A stretch of 64,000 nt of DNA from an uncultured Gemmatimonadaceae bacterium (GTDB lineage Bacteria; Gemmatimonadota; Gemmatimonadetes; Gemmatimonadales; Gemmatimonadaceae), in assembly GCA_963740355.1 (NCBI GenBank), contig CAVUDW010000003.1:1344001-1408000 (forward strand). The letters are read 5' to 3'. How positions within the stretch are numbered: the stretch's first letter is position 1; every line of letters begins with the position of its first letter. The notes beneath the pieces were generated by a model, which worked only from the letters and a program-made list of their open reading frames with translations, was not told the DNA's origin and did no database searches. This document shows positions 1 to 8,535 of the stretch, piece after piece. The translations under genes were made by a program, and so were the position numbers.

Positions 1-280
1 TGTGATCATCTCGGTCGCGGATCGTGGCATGGGGATTCCCCCAGGCCAGGAGCAGATGATCTTCGACAAGTTCCATCGCGTCGATCACTCCGCCGCCACG
101 CCGGGTGTTGGCCTTGGCCTCACGATCTGTCGCGGCATCGTGCTCGCACATGGTGGTCGGATCTGGGCCGAGCAGCGTTCAGGCGGTGGCACCGTGGTAC
201 GCGTGGCGTTGCCAGCCGGCGAGCCGCCGGAGCACATTTCGCAGATGATCGACGAGCTGCCTGACAGCGACATCGCGTGA
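1..280 (+). CDS. kdpD: Sensor histidine kinase, C-terminal HATPase fragment, KdpD-like (5' truncated by window edge)
   Basis: G1/F/G2 boxes (DRGMGI, IFDKFHR, GVGLGLTIC); stop overlaps the start of a KdpE-like regulator (GTGA). Confidence 0.7.
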   Translation, partial: VIISVADRGMGIPPGQEQMIFDKFHRVDHSAATPGVGLGLTICRGIVLAHGGRIWAEQRSGGGTVVRVALPAGEPPEHISQMIDELPDSDIA

Positions 281-1020
281 CGACCACGGGCCCGCTCGTC
301 CTCCTGATCGAGGATGAGCCGCAGATGCGTCGTTTCCTGCGTTCGGCGCTTCCGGCTCATGAATACCGTCTGGTGGAAGCGGCCACGATGCAGGAAGGGC
401 TGATGCATGCGGCTGGCCGCAATCCCGACCTGATCCTGCTCGACCTCGGCCTCCCCGATGGTGATGGACTCGACGCCACGCGCCAGATCCGGGAGTGGAG
501 TGCCACACCAATCATCGTGCTCTCGGCGCGCGGACTGGAGAACGACAAGATCGCGGCGCTGGATGCCGGTGCGGACGACTACCTCACGAAGCCGTTCAGC
601 GTCGGTGAACTGTTGGCACGGATGCGGGTCGCGCTGCGGCATGCGGCACGAGCCCAGCAACCGCAGCAGTCGGTCTTCCGGGCCGGCACGCTGTCGGTGG
701 ACCTGGTGAAGCGACTGGTGGTGGTCGCTGGCGAGGAAACGCACCTCAGCCCCACGGAGTACAAGCTGCTGGCGACGTTGATCAAGCATGCCGGCATGGT
801 CTGTACCCAGCGGCAACTGGTGCGGGAGGTCTGGGGCAATCATGTCGTGGACGACACCCAGAACCTGCGCGTGGTGGTGGCGCAGCTGCGTCGGAAGATC
901 GAGGCCGACACGGCGCGACCGAAGCTGCTGCAGACGGAACCTGGCGTCGGCTACCGGCTGCGGGACGACGTCGATGTCGAGGCACCTGACGCGCACGCCG
1001 CATTTAGCTTTCAGTCATGA
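277..1020 (+). CDS. kdpE: OmpR-family response regulator, KdpE-like
   Basis: Receiver motifs IEDE, LLDLGLPDGDG, GADDYLTKPF; winged-helix tail LRRKIEADTARPKLLQTEPGVGYRL typical of KdpE. Confidence 0.85.
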   Translation: MTTTGPLVLLIEDEPQMRRFLRSALPAHEYRLVEAATMQEGLMHAAGRNPDLILLDLGLPDGDGLDATRQIREWSATPIIVLSARGLENDKIAALDAGADDYLTKPFSVGELLARMRVALRHAARAQQPQQSVFRAGTLSVDLVKRLVVVAGEETHLSPTEYKLLATLIKHAGMVCTQRQLVREVWGNHVVDDTQNLRVVVAQLRRKIEADTARPKLLQTEPGVGYRLRDDVDVEAPDAHAAFSFQS

Positions 1021-1853
1021 CCCTGCCCTATCCGAAGATCTCCCCGGACCTGATCCACATCGGCCCCCTGCGCGTGCGCTGGTACGGCCTGATGTACGTC
1101 CTTGGCTATATCGTGGGCGGCCGGCTGGCGAAGAAGCGCATCGCCGACGGCACATTGCCGCTGACGCAGGAAGGCCTCGACACCTACCTGACGGCTCTCT
1201 TCGTGGGCATGCTGATCGGCGCTCGCACGATCTATGTGCTGGTCTACGATCGCTCGCTGCTGACTGGGCTCGACTGGCTCAAGGTCTGGAATGGTGGTCT
1301 GTCGTTCCACGGCGCCGCGCTGGGCATGATCGCCGCCTGCTGGTGGACGGCACGTCACTACAAGGTGCCGCTGATGACGCTCACCGACACGCTCGCACTC
1401 TGCGCCACACCAGGCCTCGCGTTCGGTCGCATAGGCAACTTCATCAACGCCGAGTTGTACGGTCGCGCGACGGATGTGCCGTGGGCGATGGTGTTCCCGA
1501 CCGACCCGCAGCAGATCCCGCGGCACCCGTCGCAGCTCTACGAGTGCTTCGGCGAAGGCATCATCCTCGGCAGCTTCCTCTGGTGGCTCGAAGCCCGCGC
1601 CCGTCGTCAGGGCTGGTGGCGCCCCGGTGTCGGCGGCACGGCGTTCCTGATCGGCTACGGCATCATCCGCAGCCTGGTCGAGTTCACGCGCCAGCCCGAC
1701 GCCCAGGTCGGCTTCCTGCCCGGCGGCATCACGATGGGACAACTCCTGTCATCCATCATGATCGTCTCCGGCATCGTGATCGCCCTCTGGGTCTACCGCC
1801 AACCGCCCCAAACCCCGAAGCCAGTTCTCACAGTCAAGCCGGCGACTGCGTAA
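1017..1853 (+). CDS. lgt: Prolipoprotein diacylglyceryl transferase
   Basis: RWYGLMY, GGLSFHG, GRIGNFINAELYGR, RHPSQLYE and TMGQLLS motifs. Confidence 0.95.
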   Translation: MTLPYPKISPDLIHIGPLRVRWYGLMYVLGYIVGGRLAKKRIADGTLPLTQEGLDTYLTALFVGMLIGARTIYVLVYDRSLLTGLDWLKVWNGGLSFHGAALGMIAACWWTARHYKVPLMTLTDTLALCATPGLAFGRIGNFINAELYGRATDVPWAMVFPTDPQQIPRHPSQLYECFGEGIILGSFLWWLEARARRQGWWRPGVGGTAFLIGYGIIRSLVEFTRQPDAQVGFLPGGITMGQLLSSIMIVSGIVIALWVYRQPPQTPKPVLTVKPATA

Positions 1854-1878
1854 GGGCAACGGCTCAAGGGCAACAGCA

Positions 1879-2195
1879 TTAACGCAGAACGGAACAGCCG
1901 CGGAACAGAACAGCCGCAGAACTGCAACTGCCACTGCAAAACGCAGAGACGCAGAGACGCAGAGGGGTCCTGCGCGAGCGGCAGCCGTCGGTGATGCATG
2001 CAATGAAAAAATGCTTTGGGAACAGCGCCTCGCGAGCGCAGTTCCCAAAGCATTTTTTCAGGCCGTATCGCAAGCGAAGATCGACTTGCTCAGCGAACCC
2101 CTCTGCGTCTCCGCGCCTCTGCGATTCGCTGTTGCTCTTCTGCGGCCGTTCAGTTCTGCGGCTGTGCAGTTCTGCGTTAAGCAGTTAGCAGTTCA
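1879..2195. repeat. Nested palindromic intergenic element (family A, copy 1)
   Basis: Nested inverted arms: TTAACGCAGAAC 1879-1890 / 2169-2180; CAGCCGCAGAACTG 1911-1924 / 2151-2164; CGCAGAGA-type repeats 1942-1968 / 2097-2123; perfect 20-bp central arms 2004-2023 / 2041-2060. Confidence 0.9.
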
Positions 2196-4016
2196 GTCAC
2201 GATCGCGGCGCACGATCACTCGCTTGCCCTTGATCGTGGTGTTACGGAGCGCGTCGATGATGTCGTCGGCGATTTCGTCGGGGACTTCGACGATCGAGAA
2301 CTTGTCCTGGATCTGGATCGCGCCGACGACGCTGGCGTCGAGTTGGAGTTCGTTGGCGATGGCACCGACGAGGTCACCGGGACGGACGCGTGCGAGGCGG
2401 CCGGCGCCGACGTAGAGGCGGGCGACGTCCCACTGCGGCTTGCGTGCGGCGGGACGGGCTGGACGTTCGCCTTCGCCCGCTGGTGCTGCCGGACGTGCGG
2501 GACGGTCCGGGCGATCGGCGCTGCGTTCCGCGCGCGGACGCTCGGGACGATCAGCACGTTCGAAACGCGTCGAGGTGCGCTCCGGACGATCGCCACGATT
2601 CGGCGGACCAGACCGTTCGCGGTCCACTGGACGTTCACGACGCGGCTCGACGGCTGGAATTTCCTTTTCGTCGGCACTGCCACCGTCACGCAGCTCGAGC
2701 TGCTTCACGGCTGCCGCGGCGACGTCCATCACGTCGAACTCCTCGGCCAGTGATTCCACGATGCTGCGGAACGCATCGAGGTCGCCAGCCAGGATCCCTT
2801 CACGCAAGCCTGCCTTCGTCAATTCGAGACGACGCGTACGCAGGTCGGCCACCGTCGGCACCGTCGCGATGTCGATCTTCGACTTCGTCGCCAGTTCGAT
2901 GTTGCGCAGCATGCGGTGTTCGCGCGGCTCGGCCAGCGAGATCGCGACCCCTTCACGACCGGCGCGGCCCGTACGGCCGATGCGGTGCACGTAGGCTTCC
3001 GTCGATGTCGGCACATCGTAGTTCACGACGTGCGACACATGCTGAATGTCGAGACCGCGGGCGGCGACATCGGTCGCCACCAGCAGGTCCGTCTTTTCGG
3101 CGCGGAACTTCTTCATCACGCGGTCGCGCTGGTCCTGGCTCAGGCCACCATGCAACGCTTCGCAGCGATAGCCGCGGGCGTTCATCGTTTCCGTGAGCTC
3201 ATCCACTTCCGTACGGGTGCGACAGAAGATGATTGCCGACTGCGGCTGCTCGATGTCGAGCACGCGGCCGAGGGCGGCCATCTTGTGGGCGCGCGGAACG
3301 ATGTAGGCCACCTGGCGAACCTTCGCCGTCTGGCCCGGCTCCACCTTCGCCTTGTCGATCTTGACCGTGATCGGATCGCGGAGGTGCTTGCGAGCAATCG
3401 TGGCGATGCGCGGTGCGACCGTGGCCGAGAAGAGTGCCGTCTGGCGCTCCTTCGGCGTGGCTGCGAGAATCGCCTCGAGATCTTCGGCGAAACCCATGTC
3501 GAGCATTTCGTCCGCTTCGTCGAGCACCACGATGCGCACACTGTCGAGCAGCAACGTGCCGCGACGGATGTGATCGAGGGCGCGACCCGGTGTGGCGACG
3601 ACGACATCGACGCCACGACGCAATGCGCGGATCTGGGTGTCCATGGCGGAGCCGCCATAGATCGGCAATGCGATGATGCCCATTGCCTTGCCGTACTTGT
3701 GAACCGCTTCCGCCACCTGCATGGCGAGTTCGCGGGTCGGTGTCAGGATCAGCGCCTTGGTGCGCGAGCGCGCCGGCGCGTTGGTGTCAACGAGGTGCAG
3801 CAGCGGAAGGGCGAAGGCCGCAGTCTTGCCGGTGCCTGTTGCCGCCTGTGCGAGAACGTCACGTCCTTCGAGCAGCGGCGGAATTGCTTCGCGCTGAATC
3901 GGCGTCGGCTCTTCATAGCCGAGACCGGCCAGTGCACCAACCAAACGTGAATCGAGGCCGAGGCCGGCAAAACCGGTGTCGGCGGAAATTTCTGAACTTG
4001 TGGGACGCGGTGTCAT
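2193..4016 (-). CDS. deaD: DEAD-box RNA helicase (DeaD/CsdA-like) with C-terminal DbpA-type RNA-binding domain
   Basis: Q motif PTPIQ, ATGTGKT, PTRELA, DEAD, SAT, ARGLD, HRIGRTGRAG; C-terminal RPGDLVGAIANE. Confidence 0.9.
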   Translation of the reverse strand: MTPRPTSSEISADTGFAGLGLDSRLVGALAGLGYEEPTPIQREAIPPLLEGRDVLAQAATGTGKTAAFALPLLHLVDTNAPARSRTKALILTPTRELAMQVAEAVHKYGKAMGIIALPIYGGSAMDTQIRALRRGVDVVVATPGRALDHIRRGTLLLDSVRIVVLDEADEMLDMGFAEDLEAILAATPKERQTALFSATVAPRIATIARKHLRDPITVKIDKAKVEPGQTAKVRQVAYIVPRAHKMAALGRVLDIEQPQSAIIFCRTRTEVDELTETMNARGYRCEALHGGLSQDQRDRVMKKFRAEKTDLLVATDVAARGLDIQHVSHVVNYDVPTSTEAYVHRIGRTGRAGREGVAISLAEPREHRMLRNIELATKSKIDIATVPTVADLRTRRLELTKAGLREGILAGDLDAFRSIVESLAEEFDVMDVAAAAVKQLELRDGGSADEKEIPAVEPRRERPVDRERSGPPNRGDRPERTSTRFERADRPERPRAERSADRPDRPARPAAPAGEGERPARPAARKPQWDVARLYVGAGRLARVRPGDLVGAIANELQLDASVVGAIQIQDKFSIVEVPDEIADDIIDALRNTTIKGKRVIVRRDRD

Positions 4017-4138
4017 AAGCTATGAAGTTAACCCGCTGACCCCGGAAATGCCGATTTGCTCGCAGTTTTGCCCGGATACCACGGCATTCTCGCCTGCAGA
4101 TCAAGCGTTTCCAGCGGCCGGGAGCCGTGCGGCAGCCC

Positions 4139-4636
4139 TCAGACCGTCTGGGCCGCCTGCTGCGCCAGCTCGTGCTGGAGCCGCTTCACCAGCATCCAGA
4201 CCACGCAGACGTTCACCGCCAGCAGCAGGAAGAGCACGGGCGACGGCCGGACGGTGCATTCGTAGATCTCGGGCGGAATCAGGGCCGCGGTGGCGATGAC
4301 CGTCAGCCATTCTGCCCATCGGCGCTGCAGCCAGAGCCCGATGCCTTCCACCAGGAACAGCAGCGCGTAGGCGAACATCGCGCCACCCAGCACCAGCACC
4401 CGATTCGACTGCGGCCCGGAGATCCAGACGAGGAAGCGCTCGGCCCCGCGCTGGACGAATCCCACCGGTTGGTCCTGCACCCACTGCTCGAACGCCGCCG
4501 CCGTTTCCGGGCGCACGAGGCGCATCGTGGCCAAACCGAGCCCGATCAGGAGTGCGGTCTGCACGAACTTGTAGACGGCCACGACGCGCAGGAACGCAGC
4601 GCGATCGACGACGGACGTGTGGTGTGGAACGGTCAT
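4139..4636 (-). CDS. DUF2127-like membrane protein
   Basis: Hydrophobic helices with VEGIGLW..RRWAEWLTVIAT..IPPEIYE; start set to the ATG at 4636. Confidence 0.75.
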   Translation of the reverse strand: MTVPHHTSVVDRAAFLRVVAVYKFVQTALLIGLGLATMRLVRPETAAAFEQWVQDQPVGFVQRGAERFLVWISGPQSNRVLVLGGAMFAYALLFLVEGIGLWLQRRWAEWLTVIATAALIPPEIYECTVRPSPVLFLLLAVNVCVVWMLVKRLQHELAQQAAQTV

Positions 4637-4744
4637 TGACCTGAAAGTTGCTTCAGCGCGCAGCCGCAGTCGAGCGTGTGACGCAGTCGGGACGAATATG
4701 GTCGTCGACAGCGCCGGGTTTGACGAAGGCCCCATGTTTGACGA

Positions 4745-5212
4745 ATGCCAATGTACGACGCCACAGATTCGCCGCCGTTCGCCATCCGCCCCTCGCCGAT
4801 GCAGGGGCTAGGGGCCTTTGCGACCCATCGCATTCCCGCCGGCACACGCCTGGTCGAATACGCCGGCCAGCGCCTCTCGCCCGCAGAAGCCGAGGCGCGA
4901 TATCCCGATGTGGCAGGTGAGCGGCATCACACCTTCCTCTTCGCCATCGACGATGCGGTCGTGATCGACGCGGCAGTGGATGGCAACGATGCGCGTTGGA
5001 TCAATCACTCGTGCGCGCCAAATTGTGACGCGGTGATCGAGGACGGACGGATCTGGATCGAGACGCTGCGCGACATCGAGCCGGGCGAGGAGCTGGCCTA
5101 CGACTACGCCTTCACCCTCCCCGAGCGGCATACGCCAGCGGCCAAGCGGCGCTATCCCTGCCACTGCGGTGCCGCGACCTGCCGTGGCACGATGTTGGCA
5201 AGGAAGCGGTGA
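4745..5212 (+). CDS. SET-domain protein-lysine methyltransferase
   Basis: GLGAFA, ARWINHSCAPNC, GEELAYDY and post-SET CHCGAATC. Confidence 0.9.
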   Translation: MPMYDATDSPPFAIRPSPMQGLGAFATHRIPAGTRLVEYAGQRLSPAEAEARYPDVAGERHHTFLFAIDDAVVIDAAVDGNDARWINHSCAPNCDAVIEDGRIWIETLRDIEPGEELAYDYAFTLPERHTPAAKRRYPCHCGAATCRGTMLARKR

Positions 5213-5330
5213 CGTCGGACGGGCAGGCGTAGTCTTTGCCTCGTATTGCCGATGTTCGGGCCGGGAGCGAAAGCCGCGGGACTCAGGATTCCCTCCCCGA
5301 CCCTTGGATCTCCACCGCATTCCACGCAGC

Positions 5331-6002
5331 ATGCCGACGTCCAGCGCTTCCAGATCAGCCCGCTCCCTTCGCCTCCCGCTGATTGCGGCAGGCTTGGTCG
5401 CGCTGACCGGCATTGGCGCGGTCGTCGCCCGTAGCCGGATGCCGACCTTTTTGCCGGAGAAGCCCGCCACTCCGGCACTGACCGTCGCCAAGGAAACGGA
5501 TCAGTTCGGCAGCTGCGTCGGTGGCACGCTCAAGGGCTCGGGTGCCCGGATGGAGATCTTTGCCGACGCCGACACCTCGCGGGCACCTGTCCAGTCCGGG
5601 CTGGTGCCGATCGTCGACCTCAAGATGGCGCCGACCAATGTCGTGCTGCCCGGTCAACGAGTGCGATGGACTGGGTGGATCAAGTCGCATGGCCGCGGCA
5701 TCTATCACTTTGCGCTGGCCAAGGGCGTGTCCGGCTCACTCAGCGTGAGCAACACGCCGATCATCGACGCCAGCAAAGGCACGGTCGATGCCGCCGGCGT
5801 ACCGATGGACTCAGCCAAGTTCTATCCGTTCACGCTGGACGTGACGGCTGACGACGCCTCGGCCGACGCGGGGAGCTGGCTGATGACCTGGGCACCGCCA
5901 AAGCATGATGCCGAGCCGCTGACGCGTGGCACGTTGTTCCCGCCGGCACCGAAGATCTCGAAGGCGGCGCTCGACTCGATTGCGGCAGCAACTGCCCGCT
6001 GA
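5331..6002 (+). CDS. Membrane-anchored or exported protein with PA14-like domain
   Basis: N-terminal hydrophobic segment; VRWTGWIK...G.YHF resembles the PA14 core. Confidence 0.55.
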   Translation: MPTSSASRSARSLRLPLIAAGLVALTGIGAVVARSRMPTFLPEKPATPALTVAKETDQFGSCVGGTLKGSGARMEIFADADTSRAPVQSGLVPIVDLKMAPTNVVLPGQRVRWTGWIKSHGRGIYHFALAKGVSGSLSVSNTPIIDASKGTVDAAGVPMDSAKFYPFTLDVTADDASADAGSWLMTWAPPKHDAEPLTRGTLFPPAPKISKAALDSIAAATAR

Positions 6003-6184
6003 AGCCTTGCGGCACTCGGCTCCAGCGCGAAAGCACGGACCGAGCGTTTCATCACCCTGACACCGACCACGAAGTCGAGACGTCTCGCGACTCCGTGATC
6101 AGCTCCGCACCTGCCTCCATCCGCATCCCTTACAGGTCGGACGTCGACGCAGTGCGGCCCAACAAGGTCAGATCTTTCTCGTTT

Positions 6185-6742
6185 CTAGTGGCCTGACGAA
6201 TCAGCACCGCGGCTGGCTTCGAACAAGAACCAGGTGCGGCGTTCCGTCTCGTCGATCCAGTTTTCCAGCAGGCTCGCCGTGGCGATGTCCTTGTGATCGT
6301 CGCACACGTCATGCACTTCGCGCATCGCCGCAGCCAGCGCCTTGTTGTCTTCACGCAGCTCGGCCAGCATGTCGGACGGCTCGACGAACTCGGCATCGTT
6401 GTCCTTCACACGCTGCAAGCGCGACGCGTGGCCGCCTGAGCGCAGTGTAGTGCCACCAATCTTCCGAACACGCTCGGCAATGTCGTCGGTCATCGCGAAC
6501 AACTGCGCGGCCTGCTCGTCCAGCAACAGGTGGTAGTCGCGAAAGTGCGGCCCGCTCATGTGCCAATGGAAATTCTTGGTCTTCATGTAGATCGCGAACA
6601 CGTCAGCCAGAAGGGCGTTCATGCCGCCTGAAATATCCTTCGTTGCCGCGGGCTTGAGATCGGTCGGTGTAGCGAGCGGAGCGTTGCGACGCGATACGAG
6701 CTCCGTCTGCTTCGCGGCACTCATCTTCTTCTTCATGGTCAT
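6185..6742 (-). CDS. dps: Dps-family DNA protection protein
   Basis: KTKNFHWH, HLLLDEQ, DDIAER and ERRTWFL ferroxidase motifs; start set to the ATG at 6742. Confidence 0.9.
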   Translation of the reverse strand: MTMKKKMSAAKQTELVSRRNAPLATPTDLKPAATKDISGGMNALLADVFAIYMKTKNFHWHMSGPHFRDYHLLLDEQAAQLFAMTDDIAERVRKIGGTTLRSGGHASRLQRVKDNDAEFVEPSDMLAELREDNKALAAAMREVHDVCDDHKDIATASLLENWIDETERRTWFLFEASRGADSSGH

Positions 6743-6921
6743 GTCGTTCCCTGTCGGTTCGAAATTCGTGGATGTCAAACTGAACGAGTTACGCACTGCG
6801 CACCCCACACATCTTGTACGACTCCACTGCTTACACCCTGCAATGCAATCGATGAGCCATCTGCGCACATATCAGGACGAAAGTGCAAAGATCTCGCGAG
6901 ATCATCCCCAATCGCAGCGTT

Positions 6922-8430
6922 TCAGCGAATATTCGCGGCCGCGTCAAGCCACCCGCCACTGAAACCTGCTTCACGCAGCCCGCGCACGATGTAGGGATTC
7001 TTGCGCATCGTCTTCCAGATGAGCTCGGACCGATAGTTCTCCAGCATCGCGACGATCGGCCCCTGATCGATGCCGAGGTGATCGCGCGCCGCCCAGCCCA
7101 GCTTCGGGTCGATCGTGCCCATCTGCACTCGCATCGCAGGATTGGTCAGTGATGGATTGAAGCTGTCCTTGAATCCATACTGGCCGAAGAGCTGCGCACC
7201 ATACCGCTCTCGCATCGCCACCATCGCCGGAAACACAATTTCTGGTGCGAACGGCACGGCACCGATGGCAGCGGTGGGTGCGATGGTGCCGTCGTCCCGC
7301 TCGCTTCCGTCCGGATCGCCATCGTTCGATGCGCCGCGCGCCCAGTAGGTGCGAAGCTGCAGGGGCGCGCCCTTGAACGTGATGGTGGAGTCGAGCGCAC
7401 CATCACTCGCTGTCAGCCCCCACACATCCTTGTCGTAGCCGATGAACCCGCGCGGATTGGCAATCGCGTACTCGCGTTGACTGATCGTCGCACGCCGCGA
7501 ATTCTCGAACCAGTCGATGCCTTTGGACCGTCCATAGGCGTCGTTGATGCCGCGGAAGTCGATCCAGACGTGCGAATACTGGTGCCCGAAGAGGGGCGAA
7601 AAATTGGTGTGCTGCTGGCCTCGATACGTCGTCCAGACATTGGTGGCCGACCAGCCCTCCCAGGCATCGCGCTTGAGGGGATGGGTCGGGGAGCCGAGCG
7701 CGAGGATGTAGATGATCATCGCCTCGTTGTAGCCGCGCCAATCAGCGGTGAAATACCCGATCTCGGGATTCCAGCCCATCACCACCTTGGGCGGCCGCGT
7801 GACCGACCACTGCCAGTCGACACGACGATAGAGCGAATCAGCGATGTCACGGATCGAGCGCTCGGTCGCATCACCACCGGTGTAATAGCTCTGTGCGAAC
7901 AACACACCGCCCAGCAACAACGCCGTATCGATCGTGGACAACTCGACCTTGTCATACCGGCGGCCGTCTTCGTAGCGAAGGAAGTGATAGAAGAAGCCCT
8001 TGTAGCCAGCCGTGTTGCGCGCATCCGGGCCCTGCGGCAGCTCCCACAGGTATTTCAGCGTCACAAGCGTGCGTCTCGCCGACTGTTCACGTGTCACCCA
8101 ACCGCGCTCGGCACCAATGGGATATGCCGTCAGTGCAAACCCGATACTGGCCACCGACGAGAAGTCGCGCTGTGGCCAACGGTCATGCGCCAGGCCGGTG
8201 GTGGAGTCGGTCGTTTCCCAGAACCAGCGGAAGGTGCGCTCGGCCACGGTGTCGGCGAGTGCGAGTTCGCGCACACTCGGGCGATATACCTGCGCCTGCG
8301 TGCTGCTCGGCGACGGTGCGGTCGCGGTGCCGGTTGCACCACGACAGGCGGCGATGCCCAGCATCACCACGAGCAGATGTGCCGCGCGCCAGGTCACGCG
8401 TCGAGCGTCAAAAAGGAATGGTCGAGTCAT
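6922..8430 (-). CDS. Glycoamylase-family / GH144-like endo-beta-1,2-glucanase, probable lipoprotein
   Basis: SSVASIGFALT, GFFYHF, ELSTIDTALL, GYNEAM, PLFGHQYSH, WGLTASDG, GIDQGPI; lipobox GIAAC. Confidence 0.8.
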   Translation of the reverse strand: MTRPFLFDARRVTWRAAHLLVVMLGIAACRGATGTATAPSPSSTQAQVYRPSVRELALADTVAERTFRWFWETTDSTTGLAHDRWPQRDFSSVASIGFALTAYPIGAERGWVTREQSARRTLVTLKYLWELPQGPDARNTAGYKGFFYHFLRYEDGRRYDKVELSTIDTALLLGGVLFAQSYYTGGDATERSIRDIADSLYRRVDWQWSVTRPPKVVMGWNPEIGYFTADWRGYNEAMIIYILALGSPTHPLKRDAWEGWSATNVWTTYRGQQHTNFSPLFGHQYSHVWIDFRGINDAYGRSKGIDWFENSRRATISQREYAIANPRGFIGYDKDVWGLTASDGALDSTITFKGAPLQLRTYWARGASNDGDPDGSERDDGTIAPTAAIGAVPFAPEIVFPAMVAMRERYGAQLFGQYGFKDSFNPSLTNPAMRVQMGTIDPKLGWAARDHLGIDQGPIVAMLENYRSELIWKTMRKNPYIVRGLREAGFSGGWLDAAANIR

Positions 8431-8463
8431 GGGATCATCGTATCAGCCGTGCTGTAGATGTGC

Positions 8464-8516
8464 ATCCGCGGCTGCCGCAGCCACGTCGGGTGACGTGAGT
8501 GCGACAGCCGCGGGAT
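8464..8516 (-). terminator. Intercistronic GC-rich stem-loop between the receptor and glucanase genes
   Basis: CCGCGGCTG...CACGTC loop GACGTG...CAGCCGCGG; may stabilise mRNA or attenuate transcription; no strong U-tract. Confidence 0.45.
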
Positions 8517-8535
8517 TTACCAGGACTGGCCGAGC

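Noticed and set aside
1749..2188. Short ORFs on both strands sharing KKCFGN / FPKHFF, and similar ORFs at 26243-26569, 47800-48048 and 56662-57039
   Set aside because: They are translations of the palindromic elements; the shared peptides follow from DNA symmetry.
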